Shown: positions 9,568 through 18,402, counted from the first letter of the stretch. The stretch is DNA of 33,204 bases from an uncultured virus (IMG/VR IMGVR_UViG_3300044542_000402) (IMGVR_UViG_3300044542_000402); one strand, 5' to 3'. Numbers and translations: made by a program. The notes: a model not told the origin generated them from the sequence alone.

Positions 9568-10428
9568 TCAGAACGCGGGACGGATGCCGTTGCCCCACGG
9601 GTTGGCACCCACGGCCGAGTCCGACCCGGACTTCGAGGCGGCGATCTCGGCCTCCAGCCGGGCGATCTTCTGCTCGGGCGTCTCGGCGGCCGGCTCGTCC
9701 TCGTACTCGGGGGTGGTGCCGGGGGACGCGATCGCGCTCCTGGCGGCCGGGGCGGGGAAGGCCAGACCGGACTCGTCGATGACCGAGTCGGCCGGAACGG
9801 CCTCATCGGGCTCGCCGTTGCCCTCGTCGTCGGCCGGGGCTCCGGCGGCATCGGCGGCGACCGGGACGGGGGGCGTGGTGAAGACGATGCCCCGGGCGGC
9901 CAGTGCGTCGGTGCTCACATTGCCGCGCTCGAAGTAGCGCACCGGCTCGTTGACGAGTACCTGGGACAGCTCCAGGCCGCGCTTCTCATAGTCCTTCGGC
10001 TTGTAGACGGTCAGCACGAAGGTGACGTCCAGGCCCTGGGCCAGCTCCTTGTCGGAGGTGTCCTGGGTGAACCTGCCGTCCGGGCCGGCCACCGCGATGA
10101 CGGGCAGGGAGTAGCCCTTCGAGTCGATCGAGAAGTTCTTGCCGGTCTCGGGGTGGGCCTTCGAGTCGTAGAGGCGCTCGTTGACGTAGAGCTCCTCGGT
10201 GGTGGGGTTCGCCTGGTCGGCGGGGATGACGGCCGCCTGGGTGAGTCGGGCCGTGGTGTACGGGGTGGTGGTCACGTACATCCGGCCCAGGGCCTTCTGG
10301 GAGGCGACGCGCTTGGCGAGGGCCTCGCCCTCGTAGCGGCTCCGCAGCCGGGCGAAGCCGAGATGCCCGCGCACCAGAACGTGGCGGTTCTCGGTGAGGC
10401 GCTCGGAGGGGATGGAGTGAGGGGCCAT
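9568..10428 (-). CDS. Hypothetical protein, possible single-stranded DNA-binding protein
   Basis: Beta-rich N-terminal ~190 aa, then an acidic low-complexity tail ending in Phe; directly upstream of the prim-pol gene. The SSB call is inference. Confidence 0.5.
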   Translation of the reverse strand: MAPHSIPSERLTENRHVLVRGHLGFARLRSRYEGEALAKRVASQKALGRMYVTTTPYTTARLTQAAVIPADQANPTTEELYVNERLYDSKAHPETGKNFSIDSKGYSLPVIAVAGPDGRFTQDTSDKELAQGLDVTFVLTVYKPKDYEKRGLELSQVLVNEPVRYFERGNVSTDALAARGIVFTTPPVPVAADAAGAPADDEGNGEPDEAVPADSVIDESGLAFPAPAARSAIASPGTTPEYEDEPAAETPEQKIARLEAEIAASKSGSDSAVGANPWGNGIRPAF

Positions 10429-10504
10429 GATGGTGATGTCCTTGTCTGTGGGACGGGTGATGATGGTGGTACAAGGCCTTGTGGACCTCGATGCGGATGA
10501 TCCT

Positions 10505-10590
10505 CTAGAATGATGACTACATGGGTCGATTCTAACAGAACTGACTCGAATACGAGTAGAATCCGAATGACGATCCGATGATGATCATGG
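10505..10590. promoter_or_regulatory. Divergent promoter region
   Basis: AT-enriched. Minus strand TGT-TAGAAT (extended -10, about 10529-10537); plus strand TAGAAT at 10557-10562. Confidence 0.5.
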
Positions 10591-10602
10591 GATTGGAAGG
10601 GG

Positions 10603-11019
10603 ATGGATGCGATGAGCACTGACAGGCCGGGCCATGACGGGCGATCCGGTGGAGGGGGTGGTCGTCGTGGTTTCGGAGCACCTCTGAGCGCCATCACCCT
10701 CATGGCCGTCATCGGCCTGGGGGTCGGGGTCACGGGCATCGCCCATGCGGCCACCGACGGCGTACCGCTGTCCAGCCTCCATACCCTTCACCCGGCCGCG
10801 ACCTCGTCGCGGCTTCCCGGACCCGGTGACGGGTCCGGGACCACGGAACCCTCCCAGAGCCCCACCGGTTTCGTACCCGATCCCGGGGCCGAGCCCTCGG
10901 CCCCGACCGATACGGCACCCACTCCTGATGCGTCGGGTACCGATGCCGGGCCGGGCAGTCCCACCGACGGTGTCAGTGTGGGATCCGGCGGCTCGCTCGA
11001 CAGTCCGGCGCAGCACTAG
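10603..11019 (+). CDS. Putative secreted or membrane-anchored Pro/Ser/Thr/Gly-rich protein
   Basis: RRGF plus a hydrophobic stretch and AHA (signal-peptide-like), then a disordered PST-rich tail. Confidence 0.6.
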   Translation: MDAMSTDRPGHDGRSGGGGGRRGFGAPLSAITLMAVIGLGVGVTGIAHAATDGVPLSSLHTLHPAATSSRLPGPGDGSGTTEPSQSPTGFVPDPGAEPSAPTDTAPTPDASGTDAGPGSPTDGVSVGSGGSLDSPAQH

Positions 11020-11068
11020 ACCACGACGGGTCGATCACCACGGTGATCGCGGTGGTCCGGTCGTGGAA

Positions 11069-11112
11069 CAACGGCCCGGCCGCGCTCCTGTACGAGCGCG
11101 GCCGGGCCGTTG
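11069..11112. terminator. 19-bp perfect inverted repeat between convergent genes (bidirectional terminator-like)
   Basis: CAACGGCCCGGCCGCGCTC-ctgtac-GAGCGCGGCCGGGCCGTTG. Confidence 0.7.
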
Positions 11113-11250
11113 CGGTGCCGGGTGCGATGATCGGCGGTGCTCAGGGCATCGCCTCGCCGGACGGTGCAGTGGGCAGGGTGCGACGGGCCGTGCCCGCACC
11201 GGTGAGAATGTTGCTGGTAGATGTATACGTGTCCACCTGTGCGACGGGAT

Positions 11251-12540
11251 TCATGAGCGTCCTCCATTGATGATTCTGATCGTCTTCAGACGATCGGCGA
11301 TCGTGGTCTCGAACCCGCTGTCGTCCGGCCGGTAGAAGTAGGTGCCCTCCAGGTCGGACGGCAGGTACTTCTGGGCGACGAGGTGGTACGGGTAGTCATG
11401 GGGGTACCTGTATCCCTTCCCGTGGCCCAGAGCCGTCGCTCCGGGATAGTGGGCGTCGCGCAGATGATCGGGTACCGGTTCGGTGTGGCCGGACCTCACG
11501 GACTTCAGCGCGGTATCGATTCCGGCCAGTATGGCGTTCGACTTGGGCGCGGTGGCGATGGCCACGGCCGCCTGGGCCAGGTTGAGGCGGGCCTCCGGCA
11601 TGCCGATCAACTGAACCGCCTGGGCGGCGGCCACGGCCATCGGCAGAACCGACGGATCGGCCATGCCGACGTCCTCACTCGCGTGGACGATGAGTCTGCG
11701 GGCGATGAAGCGGGGATCCTCCCCGCCCTCGATGAGACGGGCCAGCCAGTACAGGGCGGCGTCGGGATCCGACCCGCGCATGCTCTTGATGAAGGCGCTC
11801 ACGATGTCGTAGTGCTGGTCGCCGTCGCGGTCGAAGCGCTGGAGGGCGGTGCCGACTACCTGCTCCACGGTCTGCGGGGTGATCTCGGTACCCTGTGCGG
11901 CCAGGACGAGGCCGGCGCAGGCTTCGAGCCGGCCGAGTGCCTGTCTGGCGTCGCCCGATGCGAGCCGGGCGATGAGCTCGACGGCGTGCTCGTCGATGGT
12001 CAGCTGCTCGTCCAGACCCCTGGGATCGGTCACCGCACGCCGGATGATCTCGGCGATCTCGGGAGTCCCCAGAGCTCTCAGCTCCATCAGCACCGACCGG
12101 GAGACGAGTGCGGCGTTGACACAGAAACTCGGGTTCTCGGTGGTGGCCCCGATCAGCGAGACGGTGCCCTCCTCCACCCCGGGCAGCAGGACGTCCTGCT
12201 GGGCCTTGGAGAACCGGTGGATCTCATCGATGAACAGCACCGGTGCCGCCTCGCCGTTGCCGGTCCGTGTCCTGGCCCGGGCCAGGACGGTCCGCACGTC
12301 CTTGACGGTGGCCGAGGTGGCCGACAACTCGACGAACGGCACGTCGGTGGATCCCGCGATGACGCTGGCCAGGGTCGACTTACCGGACCCGGGAGGCCCG
12401 TAGAGCAGCACCGACAGACCTGTGCGGCCGCGGGCCAGCAGGTCCAGCACCGATCCGGGGAAGGTGAGATGGCTCTGGCCCACCACCTCCTCGAGGCAGG
12501 TGGGCCGCATACGGGCAGCCAGTGGCTGTGTGGTGGTCAT
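11251..12540 (-). CDS. rarA: Replication-associated recombination protein A (RarA/MgsA)
   Basis: [88 protein letters not shown]. Confidence 0.95.
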   Translation of the reverse strand: MTTTQPLAARMRPTCLEEVVGQSHLTFPGSVLDLLARGRTGLSVLLYGPPGSGKSTLASVIAGSTDVPFVELSATSATVKDVRTVLARARTRTGNGEAAPVLFIDEIHRFSKAQQDVLLPGVEEGTVSLIGATTENPSFCVNAALVSRSVLMELRALGTPEIAEIIRRAVTDPRGLDEQLTIDEHAVELIARLASGDARQALGRLEACAGLVLAAQGTEITPQTVEQVVGTALQRFDRDGDQHYDIVSAFIKSMRGSDPDAALYWLARLIEGGEDPRFIARRLIVHASEDVGMADPSVLPMAVAAAQAVQLIGMPEARLNLAQAAVAIATAPKSNAILAGIDTALKSVRSGHTEPVPDHLRDAHYPGATALGHGKGYRYPHDYPYHLVAQKYLPSDLEGTYFYRPDDSGFETTIADRLKTIRIINGGRS

Positions 12541-12603
12541 GTCGCAGATCCTCCAGATGGTGGTTGCGGTCCGATTCGAGGAGCCGCGTGTGCCCCGTCG
12601 TCC

Positions 12604-13680
12604 TCAGGCGAGGTAGACCTTCGGCCCCGTGACGATGCCGAGATCGCCATCGCCCCTCACGAAGCCGTCGATCCAGATCGTGTGGTGCTCCTGGGTGCTC
12701 GCGTACCACTGGTTGCGCCAGTGGCCGCGGACCCAGTGGGCACGGACCTTGCGGCCGGTAGCGGCATCGAGCTCGTAGCGTCCGTGCTCGGCATGGTGCA
12801 GTGACAGGACCCGGACGTCGCGCGGGGCGCGCTTGTGCCGCTTGATCCGGCTCCTCCGCTGGACCGGTGTCTCCACCGCATCGGCCGTCTCCTCGGTCTG
12901 GGGAGACCTGGCGATGGCACTGAGTGCCCGGACCAGCGCCATGAGGACTCGCACGCTGGGGTGGATACGGCTGTACTGCTCCGCGGTGCCACCGACGTGG
13001 CCGAATCCGGACGACAGGGTGTAGAGGTGGTGATAGGCCGCCAGGGGTTGCAGTGGCATGTCGGTGCTCATCGGGAAGAGCACCTCCTCGTAGTACTGAG
13101 CGTCGGGGCCGTCGGTGTAGAGCTCGAGCATGAGGCCGTCGAGACCGCCGGTGGGTCCCTGTGCGGTGGTGAACCAGCTGAGCGCCCGGACACCCAGGTG
13201 GGCGAACGTCTGTTCCTCACTGGCCGTCTGATCCTCCACGGCCCTGCCCATCAGCGGCAGGTCCGCGAAACTCTGCTTCTCGGCGAAGAACACCACACCC
13301 GAGGCAGCGATGATCTCCTGCGGGTGCAGTGGGGCATCAGGGGTGGTGACGGCTGCGCCCAGCATCATCTGGGCGAAATCGGTGCCGGCGAGGATGGTCG
13401 GCGAGTCGGGATCGCGCCATCCGGCGACGATGTCTCGTCTCAGCGGTGCGAGGCGCTGACGGGCGGCGAGCGTGTCGTTGTGAGTGATTCTCCCGCGACG
13501 ACCCAGCAACTCGCGGTCCAGCGACACCAGATGGAGTTCTCCGAGCGGCGAGGCCATCCGCTGAGCCATGAGATCGCGCATCCTCGCAGCGTCGCGAGCG
13601 GTCCAGACCTCCTTGTGCTTGAAGGATCCTATGGCCGGGACGGGGTCGGGCATCCGGACTCGCTGTTGATCGGTACTCAT
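12604..13680 (-). CDS. Hypothetical protein with C-terminal HWVRGHWR motif
   Basis: ATG 13680 is coupled (ATGA) to the upstream gene. Basic linker then RAHWVRGHWRNQWY...IWIDGFVRG, a motif I recall from phage hypothetical proteins. Confidence 0.75.
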   Translation of the reverse strand: MSTDQQRVRMPDPVPAIGSFKHKEVWTARDAARMRDLMAQRMASPLGELHLVSLDRELLGRRGRITHNDTLAARQRLAPLRRDIVAGWRDPDSPTILAGTDFAQMMLGAAVTTPDAPLHPQEIIAASGVVFFAEKQSFADLPLMGRAVEDQTASEEQTFAHLGVRALSWFTTAQGPTGGLDGLMLELYTDGPDAQYYEEVLFPMSTDMPLQPLAAYHHLYTLSSGFGHVGGTAEQYSRIHPSVRVLMALVRALSAIARSPQTEETADAVETPVQRRSRIKRHKRAPRDVRVLSLHHAEHGRYELDAATGRKVRAHWVRGHWRNQWYASTQEHHTIWIDGFVRGDGDLGIVTGPKVYLA

Positions 13681-14057
13681 GGTCGGACACTTTCTGTGTG
13701 GCAGGACGGGTGCCGGTACCGGGCGAGGACCTCCGCGACGTCGCCGGCGGCCTCGTCCCATCCGGGCTGTGGCAGATCGGTGGAGTTGAGGGCGTCGATG
13801 ATCCACTGGGCGTTCAGCCGCTTGAGGTTGGCCAGTTGCCCGTCAATCGGGTGATCGGGTGAGATCCGGTGGCAGATCACGGCGATCTCCTCACCGTCCG
13901 GATCGGCGATGGTGAGGTAGTACGTCTGCGGGTCACCCGAACCGTCGCCCGACATCACTGTCTCGGGCTCGAAGTCGAACCACAGGTACTCCCCGGAATG
14001 GTCGGGGTCCGGCCAACTGTGACCTGCGGGTGCCGGATCAGGATTGAGAATGGGCAT
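13677..14057 (-). CDS. Hypothetical protein (126 aa)
   Basis: RBS GGAGGAG; coupled to the downstream gene. Confidence 0.7.
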   Translation of the reverse strand: MPILNPDPAPAGHSWPDPDHSGEYLWFDFEPETVMSGDGSGDPQTYYLTIADPDGEEIAVICHRISPDHPIDGQLANLKRLNAQWIIDALNSTDLPQPGWDEAAGDVAEVLARYRHPSCHTESVRP

Positions 14058-14131
14058 GAGAGGCGACTCCTCCGACTGCTGGGATCATTCGAGGTTGAGA
14101 ACTGCTGGGACGACGGTCACGACATCGACAG

Positions 14132-14365
14132 TCAGTCGTTGGTGGATTCGTAGACCGGCTGGCCGAGCCGGTTGAGACCGACGAAGGTCGCCGGCCGGCC
14201 GAGCATGCGCCGGGCGGTGGCCGAGCACAGCGCAGGGCCGGTGTTCTCCGGCAGGACGATGCGCCCGGGTCCGAGGACCAGGGCCCTGTTCGTCATGGTG
14301 TTGATGTCGCTCATCGTCACGCCGCAGTCGATCTCGATGTCAGTGAGCTGGAATGGTGCAGTCAT
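14132..14365 (-). CDS. Hypothetical protein (77 aa)
   Basis: ATG 14365 behind GGGAGA; in frame with track ORF 14132-14605. Confidence 0.55.
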   Translation of the reverse strand: MTAPFQLTDIEIDCGVTMSDINTMTNRALVLGPGRIVLPENTGPALCSATARRMLGRPATFVGLNRLGQPVYESTND

Positions 14366-14654
14366 GAGGTTCTCCCGGTGCTGAGGGGTTGATACGGGTG
14401 AACGGGCCCATGACCGCCAGCAGCGGGTTCCAGGCTCTGGAGCGTCGCTGCCCCTTATGGTCGGTCCAGCGTTGGTCCTGGCCGAGCACCCAGATGTCGC
14501 CCTCGCAGTCGGTGTAGGTGCCGGGTTCGGTGGGGATCGTCCATGCCAGCTCGATGAGAATCGCATCGATGCGACGGCGCTGGCTCCGCGTGGGGTCCCG
14601 CCCATAGGCCCGGTGCGGCAGCAGATTGCGACGGAGTAGCACGTGCCGGGTCAT
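14340..14654 (-). CDS. Hypothetical protein (104 aa)
   Basis: ATGA coupling; PTEPGTYTDCEGDIW motif looks like a real small domain. Confidence 0.6.
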   Translation of the reverse strand: MTRHVLLRRNLLPHRAYGRDPTRSQRRRIDAILIELAWTIPTEPGTYTDCEGDIWVLGQDQRWTDHKGQRRSRAWNPLLAVMGPFTRINPSAPGEPHDCTIPAH

Positions 14655-14785
14655 GAGGGGATCTCAGTACGACTGTCGGCCTGATGAACCCCGTACAACC
14701 TGGCGGTCAGGTCCAGCGCGTCACAGGCGATGAGGAGGTCCGTGGGCGTGGCGTACGGGTTCTCTGGACGAGCTGTGATGGTCAT
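14651..14785 (-). CDS. Small hypothetical protein (44 aa)
   Basis: RBS GGAGGA before ATG 14785; its stop overlaps the next start. Confidence 0.5.
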   Translation of the reverse strand: MTITARPENPYATPTDLLIACDALDLTARLYGVHQADSRTEIPS

Positions 14786-14816
14786 GGTGTCCTCCTGGAA
14801 TGGTGGTTCGGCCTGG

Positions 14817-15362
14817 TCATCGGTCCTGCTCGATGAAGGTCTCGACAGCGCTGGTCGGGTCGTCGGCATAGATCCCCGACAGCGAGTCGCCGTCAGGCCC
14901 CGTGACGGCCCACACGTCGCCGAAGGCCCACTGCCGGTAGGTCTCGATGAGGTCCTCGGGGGTGCCGTAGCCCTGCTCGGTGGCGGCCACCACCTCCAGC
15001 CAGTCGCCCTGGGAGTACCCCCGGACGGTGGCCTCAGCGATTGTCATGGGGATCCGTGGCGGGAAGAGTTCCAGGTAGCGCCGGGTCATCCGCAGGGCCG
15101 TGTCGGGCATGCCGTATCGATCGTAGAAGTGCGCGAAGGCCTGCAACGCCACGTTGTCGCTGGGAAGCTCTCTGGTGTCGCCGGCTGACATCCGGGGTTC
15201 GTTGAAGACCCACAGTCCGGCATGGGCGGACTCGACCCATGACAGCGGCGACTCGGCGTCGGTGTCCTGTCTCACCTCGTAGGCCGCACCGGTGAGGGGG
15301 TTGGTGAAGGTGTCGGGGACGTCAATGGTGTGGGCTGGGGTGTGGATGAGACTGGCGGTCAT
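14817..15362 (-). CDS. Hypothetical protein, window paralog family A (copy 1)
   Basis: RBS GAGGAG; aligns by eye with 22899-23669 and 27650-28222. Confidence 0.8.
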   Translation of the reverse strand: MTASLIHTPAHTIDVPDTFTNPLTGAAYEVRQDTDAESPLSWVESAHAGLWVFNEPRMSAGDTRELPSDNVALQAFAHFYDRYGMPDTALRMTRRYLELFPPRIPMTIAEATVRGYSQGDWLEVVAATEQGYGTPEDLIETYRQWAFGDVWAVTGPDGDSLSGIYADDPTSAVETFIEQDR

Positions 15363-15406
15363 GATGATGGCTCCTCACGAGCGAGGGAGTGATGTGTGGA
15401 TGCGGT

Positions 15407-15712
15407 TCAGTCGAGCTGGTCGGCGATGGCGGCTCGGTCTTCGGCCCGGGCGTCGGCCAGGACTTTTCGCACATCCTTGACCCCGGCCGCGGTGGCCGAC
15501 AGGGTGACGAACCGCTGGCCGGTCTCGTGGGCGATGGCGTCGGCGATCGAGGTCTTGCCCGACCCCGGCGGGCCGTAGAGGATGACCGAGATCGACAGCG
15601 AGCCGTCGGCGAGCAGGCGCAGTGACGAGCCCGGGGCCGTCAGGCGATCCTGACCGACGATGTCGTCGAGACTGGTGGGTCGCATACGGGCGGCCAGGGG
15701 CTGGGTGGGCAT
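15407..15712 (-). pseudogene. rarA: Truncated second rarA homolog (Walker A only)
   Basis: QPLAARMRP...[10 protein letters not shown]...[12 protein letters not shown], then stops before Walker B; 56/86 identical to the full copy by hand count. Confidence 0.85.
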
Positions 15713-15717
15713 GGTGA

Positions 15718-16059
15718 TCACGCCTTTCGGGCCGACCCATTGGTACGGGTATTGATGGGTCGCATGACGTAGATGAGTTGATGACTATGAGCCCATCGAT
15801 ACGTATGGCCCCAACCCAGAGCTATGCTGCCACTGTCGAAAAAGATCCCTTGAGGGTCAACTGCCTGGTTGCAGATGCGCCATGTCTTCCCCTTGCCAAC
15901 AGGATAGTTGGGACCATCCATCGGGATGAAGTAATCACCTACTTCTACCTCATCCGCGCGCACCTTTTGCACGGCGAAGCCGGGGCGAGGCGCTGGCGGG
16001 ACGAACGTTGAGGGTTCAAAGCATCCGGCTTGGCATTTTCGTTCTGAGGTCTGTGTCAT
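15718..16059 (-). CDS. Hypothetical protein (113 aa), lower-GC patch
   Basis: RBS AGGAG; fills the gap in the operon. Confidence 0.55.
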   Translation of the reverse strand: MTQTSERKCQAGCFEPSTFVPPAPRPGFAVQKVRADEVEVGDYFIPMDGPNYPVGKGKTWRICNQAVDPQGIFFDSGSIALGWGHTYRWAHSHQLIYVMRPINTRTNGSARKA

Positions 16060-16070
16060 TCAGGCCACTC

Positions 16071-16250
16071 CTAAGATGTGATGGGAATCTGTACGGGCTC
16101 GATCTGTGCGGTGATCTCCCCACTGTCCTCCAGTGCGTCGTTGACGGCCGTGGCGATCCGCTCCGCCTTCTCCTGGGCCAGAACGAGGAGTTCGGCCCGA
16201 TCGTCGATGATGGGTTCGGGTGACTCGAGACCGTCATATCGAATGGTCAT
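16071..16250 (-). CDS. Small acidic hypothetical protein (59 aa)
   Basis: MTIRYDGLESPEP... is the C-terminal part of track ORF 16071-16436; start uncertain. Confidence 0.45.
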   Translation of the reverse strand: MTIRYDGLESPEPIIDDRAELLVLAQEKAERIATAVNDALEDSGEITAQIEPVQIPITS

Positions 16251-16266
16251 TACTTTGCCTGGTGAG

Positions 16267-16476
16267 TCATCGATTCTCCTTGATGACGCGGCGGATGCCG
16301 GCGAGAGTATCGGCATCACCGATCCCGATGTCGGTGTGGTAATGGACGCTTCCGGTGATAATTGATCGGCACTTGAGGATGGGGTGGCTGAAATAGACCG
16401 AGTGCCGCTCCGTGTGCATGAAGCGCCCTGAGGCATGGACCTCCTGGCAATTGAGACAGTTCTGATAGGTGCTCAT
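16267..16476 (-). CDS. Small hypothetical protein with N-terminal CxxC (69 aa)
   Basis: RBS GGAGG, ATGA coupling, CLNC. Confidence 0.6.
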   Translation of the reverse strand: MSTYQNCLNCQEVHASGRFMHTERHSVYFSHPILKCRSIITGSVHYHTDIGIGDADTLAGIRRVIKENR

Positions 16477-16745
16477 GCGGTCCTCCCCCGGCGGTCGGCC
16501 TCGATACCCTCTTTGATGAGTCCCAGGACGGTGTCGGCGTCGATGAACTCGCCCGTATCGGCCAGAGTCTCGGCCTGAGCCCGCTCGAAGCCCTCGCGCC
16601 CCTCCTCATCCGGTTCGCCGTAGGCGGTGGTCAGGCCGTAGTGCGCATCCATCACGTCGCGGGCGATATGGGCGGGACGCCGCGGAACGTCGAAATTCGG
16701 GTAGATCACGTCGGTGGGATTGTCGATGATATTCATGGATGTCAT
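16473..16745 (-). CDS. Hypothetical protein (about 90 aa)
   Basis: GC3-rich codons; coupled to the downstream gene. Confidence 0.65.
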   Translation of the reverse strand: MTSMNIIDNPTDVIYPNFDVPRRPAHIARDVMDAHYGLTTAYGEPDEEGREGFERAQAETLADTGEFIDADTVLGLIKEGIEADRRGRTA

Positions 16746-16787
16746 TTCTTGTGCGGTGGTGCGGGTGATGTAGTGTCTCGCCGGGCT

Positions 16788-17033
16788 TCAGGCCCGGCAG
16801 CCGGTCTCGGCCTCGTAGCGGTGCGCGGCTTCGGTGATGAGATCGAGACCAGTTCGCTCGGTGAGATGTTCTCGATTCAGATGCTGCCGCAGACCCGTCA
16901 CGGTGCTGATGGTGGTCGGCAGGCAGTCGTAGGCGCGGTCCGACTCGACATCGCGGGCCAGGTCGCCGATCGGGCCGGGATCGCCGGTGAGGGTGAGCAG
17001 CCAGGTGATGAAGGACGGCGGAACGGTTTTCAT
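16788..17033 (-). CDS. YozE SAM-like domain protein (81 aa)
   Basis: SFITWL...GPIGDLARDVESD...LP...LRQHL matches the YozE-family pattern; RBS GGAG. Confidence 0.65.
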   Translation of the reverse strand: MKTVPPSFITWLLTLTGDPGPIGDLARDVESDRAYDCLPTTISTVTGLRQHLNREHLTERTGLDLITEAAHRYEAETGCRA

Positions 17034-17182
17034 CAGTTCTCCAACTTCTGCAGGACGGCATAGCCCACGAGAGCCTCGGGGGTCAGCGGATCGGTGACCT
17101 CGGTGGTGACGTAGAGGTGAGCCTCCGCCACGCGGCGGATGTGATCCGGGGCGGCCGGCACGGTGGCTGAGAACACAGTCAC
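17033..17182 (-). CDS. Small hypothetical protein (49 aa), not in ORF track
   Basis: MTVFSATVPAAPDHIRRVAEAHLYV...QKLEN; GTGA overlap upstream, TGATG overlap downstream. Confidence 0.6.
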   Translation of the reverse strand: MTVFSATVPAAPDHIRRVAEAHLYVTTEVTDPLTPEALVGYAVLQKLEN

Positions 17183-17826
17183 CAGGAGCCTCCGGAGATC
17201 TCGTCCTTGATCGCCCGGATGTCATCGGCGTCGCCGTACTCGGCCTCCAGGACGTCATCGAGATCGGCGTCGGGGTGTTCGAGGTAATGGAGCGCGGCGT
17301 TGACGATGAGATTGGTGAGGTCGGTGAGGAACCCCTCATCATCATTCGGCTGTGCGACGGCCATGATGTCGTCGGTGGCCTTGTTGACAGCCGTACTGAC
17401 GGTGGTTCTCAGGAAGGTCGGTTCGCTCTGGTCGACCAGCCCCAGGGCATCGCGGATCGGTTTCGGCAGGGCGAGCACAAGGCTGAAGACCCCGAACGCG
17501 TCAGTCGGTTCGCCACTCCAGTCCATACCGCCGGTGACGTACTCGGTGCGGTCGGGGTGCCGGATGATCCCCATATCGCGGTTGCCGATCGTGTTCCGCA
17601 GATCGGTGATGATCCTGTACGCCAGACGCCGGCCGGCATCGGGGATGGGACGTCCGTCCGGGCGCAGGTCCTCCTTGCCCAGTTCGGCGTAGAAGCAGTA
17701 GGTGTCGATGTCGTCGGGGCCGCCGAAGTCGGTGACGATCGCCAGGGCGGTCAGTGCAGCCTTGTAGTCGGGCTCGTCGAGTCCGGATCGCAGGGTGAGT
17801 GAGATCTGGTCGAAATCTGCGCCCAT
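17179..17826 (-). CDS. Hypothetical acidic protein (215 aa)
   Basis: RBS GAAGGAG; YVTGGMDWSGEPTD segment. Confidence 0.75.
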   Translation of the reverse strand: MGADFDQISLTLRSGLDEPDYKAALTALAIVTDFGGPDDIDTYCFYAELGKEDLRPDGRPIPDAGRRLAYRIITDLRNTIGNRDMGIIRHPDRTEYVTGGMDWSGEPTDAFGVFSLVLALPKPIRDALGLVDQSEPTFLRTTVSTAVNKATDDIMAVAQPNDDEGFLTDLTNLIVNAALHYLEHPDADLDDVLEAEYGDADDIRAIKDEISGGSW

Positions 17827-17897
17827 GGCGGATACTCCTTCAAGTCGGGGTCAGGGTGTCGGATGAAAAACGATGCGGCCGTATCCGGGTGTCACCG

Positions 17898-18158
17898 TCA
17901 GTCGGTGGTCTTCTTCGGGTACGGGTCGATGTCGTGGTCGGCGGCCCAGAGATTCACAGCATCGTGTGCCAGATCATCCAGGGCCTCGTTGATGGCTGAG
18001 TTCGGATCATCGAGGAACTGCTCCAGCAGGACTGCCAGCTCCTCGTCGCTGGCGGCGAGGAACCGATTGACGGCGTCGCGGTCGTACTGCTCACCGACCG
18101 AGCCCTCCCCCAGCTCCTCGCGGAGGAAGGCGGGATTGATGTCGAAGTGGAAGGTCAT
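17898..18158 (-). CDS. Small acidic hypothetical protein (86 aa)
   Basis: ATG 18158 behind GGAG; C-terminal part of track ORF 17898-18371. Confidence 0.65.
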   Translation of the reverse strand: MTFHFDINPAFLREELGEGSVGEQYDRDAVNRFLAASDEELAVLLEQFLDDPNSAINEALDDLAHDAVNLWAADHDIDPYPKKTTD

Positions 18159-18162
18159 GGGT

Positions 18163-18402
18163 TCAGGACTCCATCTGATCGGGTACGGACAGGTGCGCCG
18201 ACAGCGGGGCGTCGATCGCCTCACGGGCGCTGGCGAACGGCACGGTCGACGGGTCGTCGTAGAGGCCCTTCGCCGCGTTCTCGAGGATGGTGGCCTCCAG
18301 GTAGTCCGCGTAGTCGGAGCCGTAGGAGCGTCTCGCCTCGCGGGCCGCTCTGGTGCAGTAGGTGGGGACACCCGTGGTGTCCATGTGACGGGGTGCGGAC
18401 AT
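18163..18402 (-). CDS. Small hypothetical protein (79 aa)
   Basis: ATG 18402 behind a purine-rich run; GC3-rich. Confidence 0.55.
   Translation of the reverse strand: MSAPRHMDTTGVPTYCTRAAREARRSYGSDYADYLEATILENAAKGLYDDPSTVPFASAREAIDAPLSAHLSVPDQMES

Noticed and set aside
11016..11267. 83-aa minus ORF and 75-aa plus ORF
   Set aside because: Both span a 19-bp terminator-like inverted repeat between convergent genes and have non-protein-like composition.
14075..14110. ACTGCTGGGA direct repeat, two copies
   Set aside because: Only two 10-bp copies; too little for iterons or a CRISPR array.
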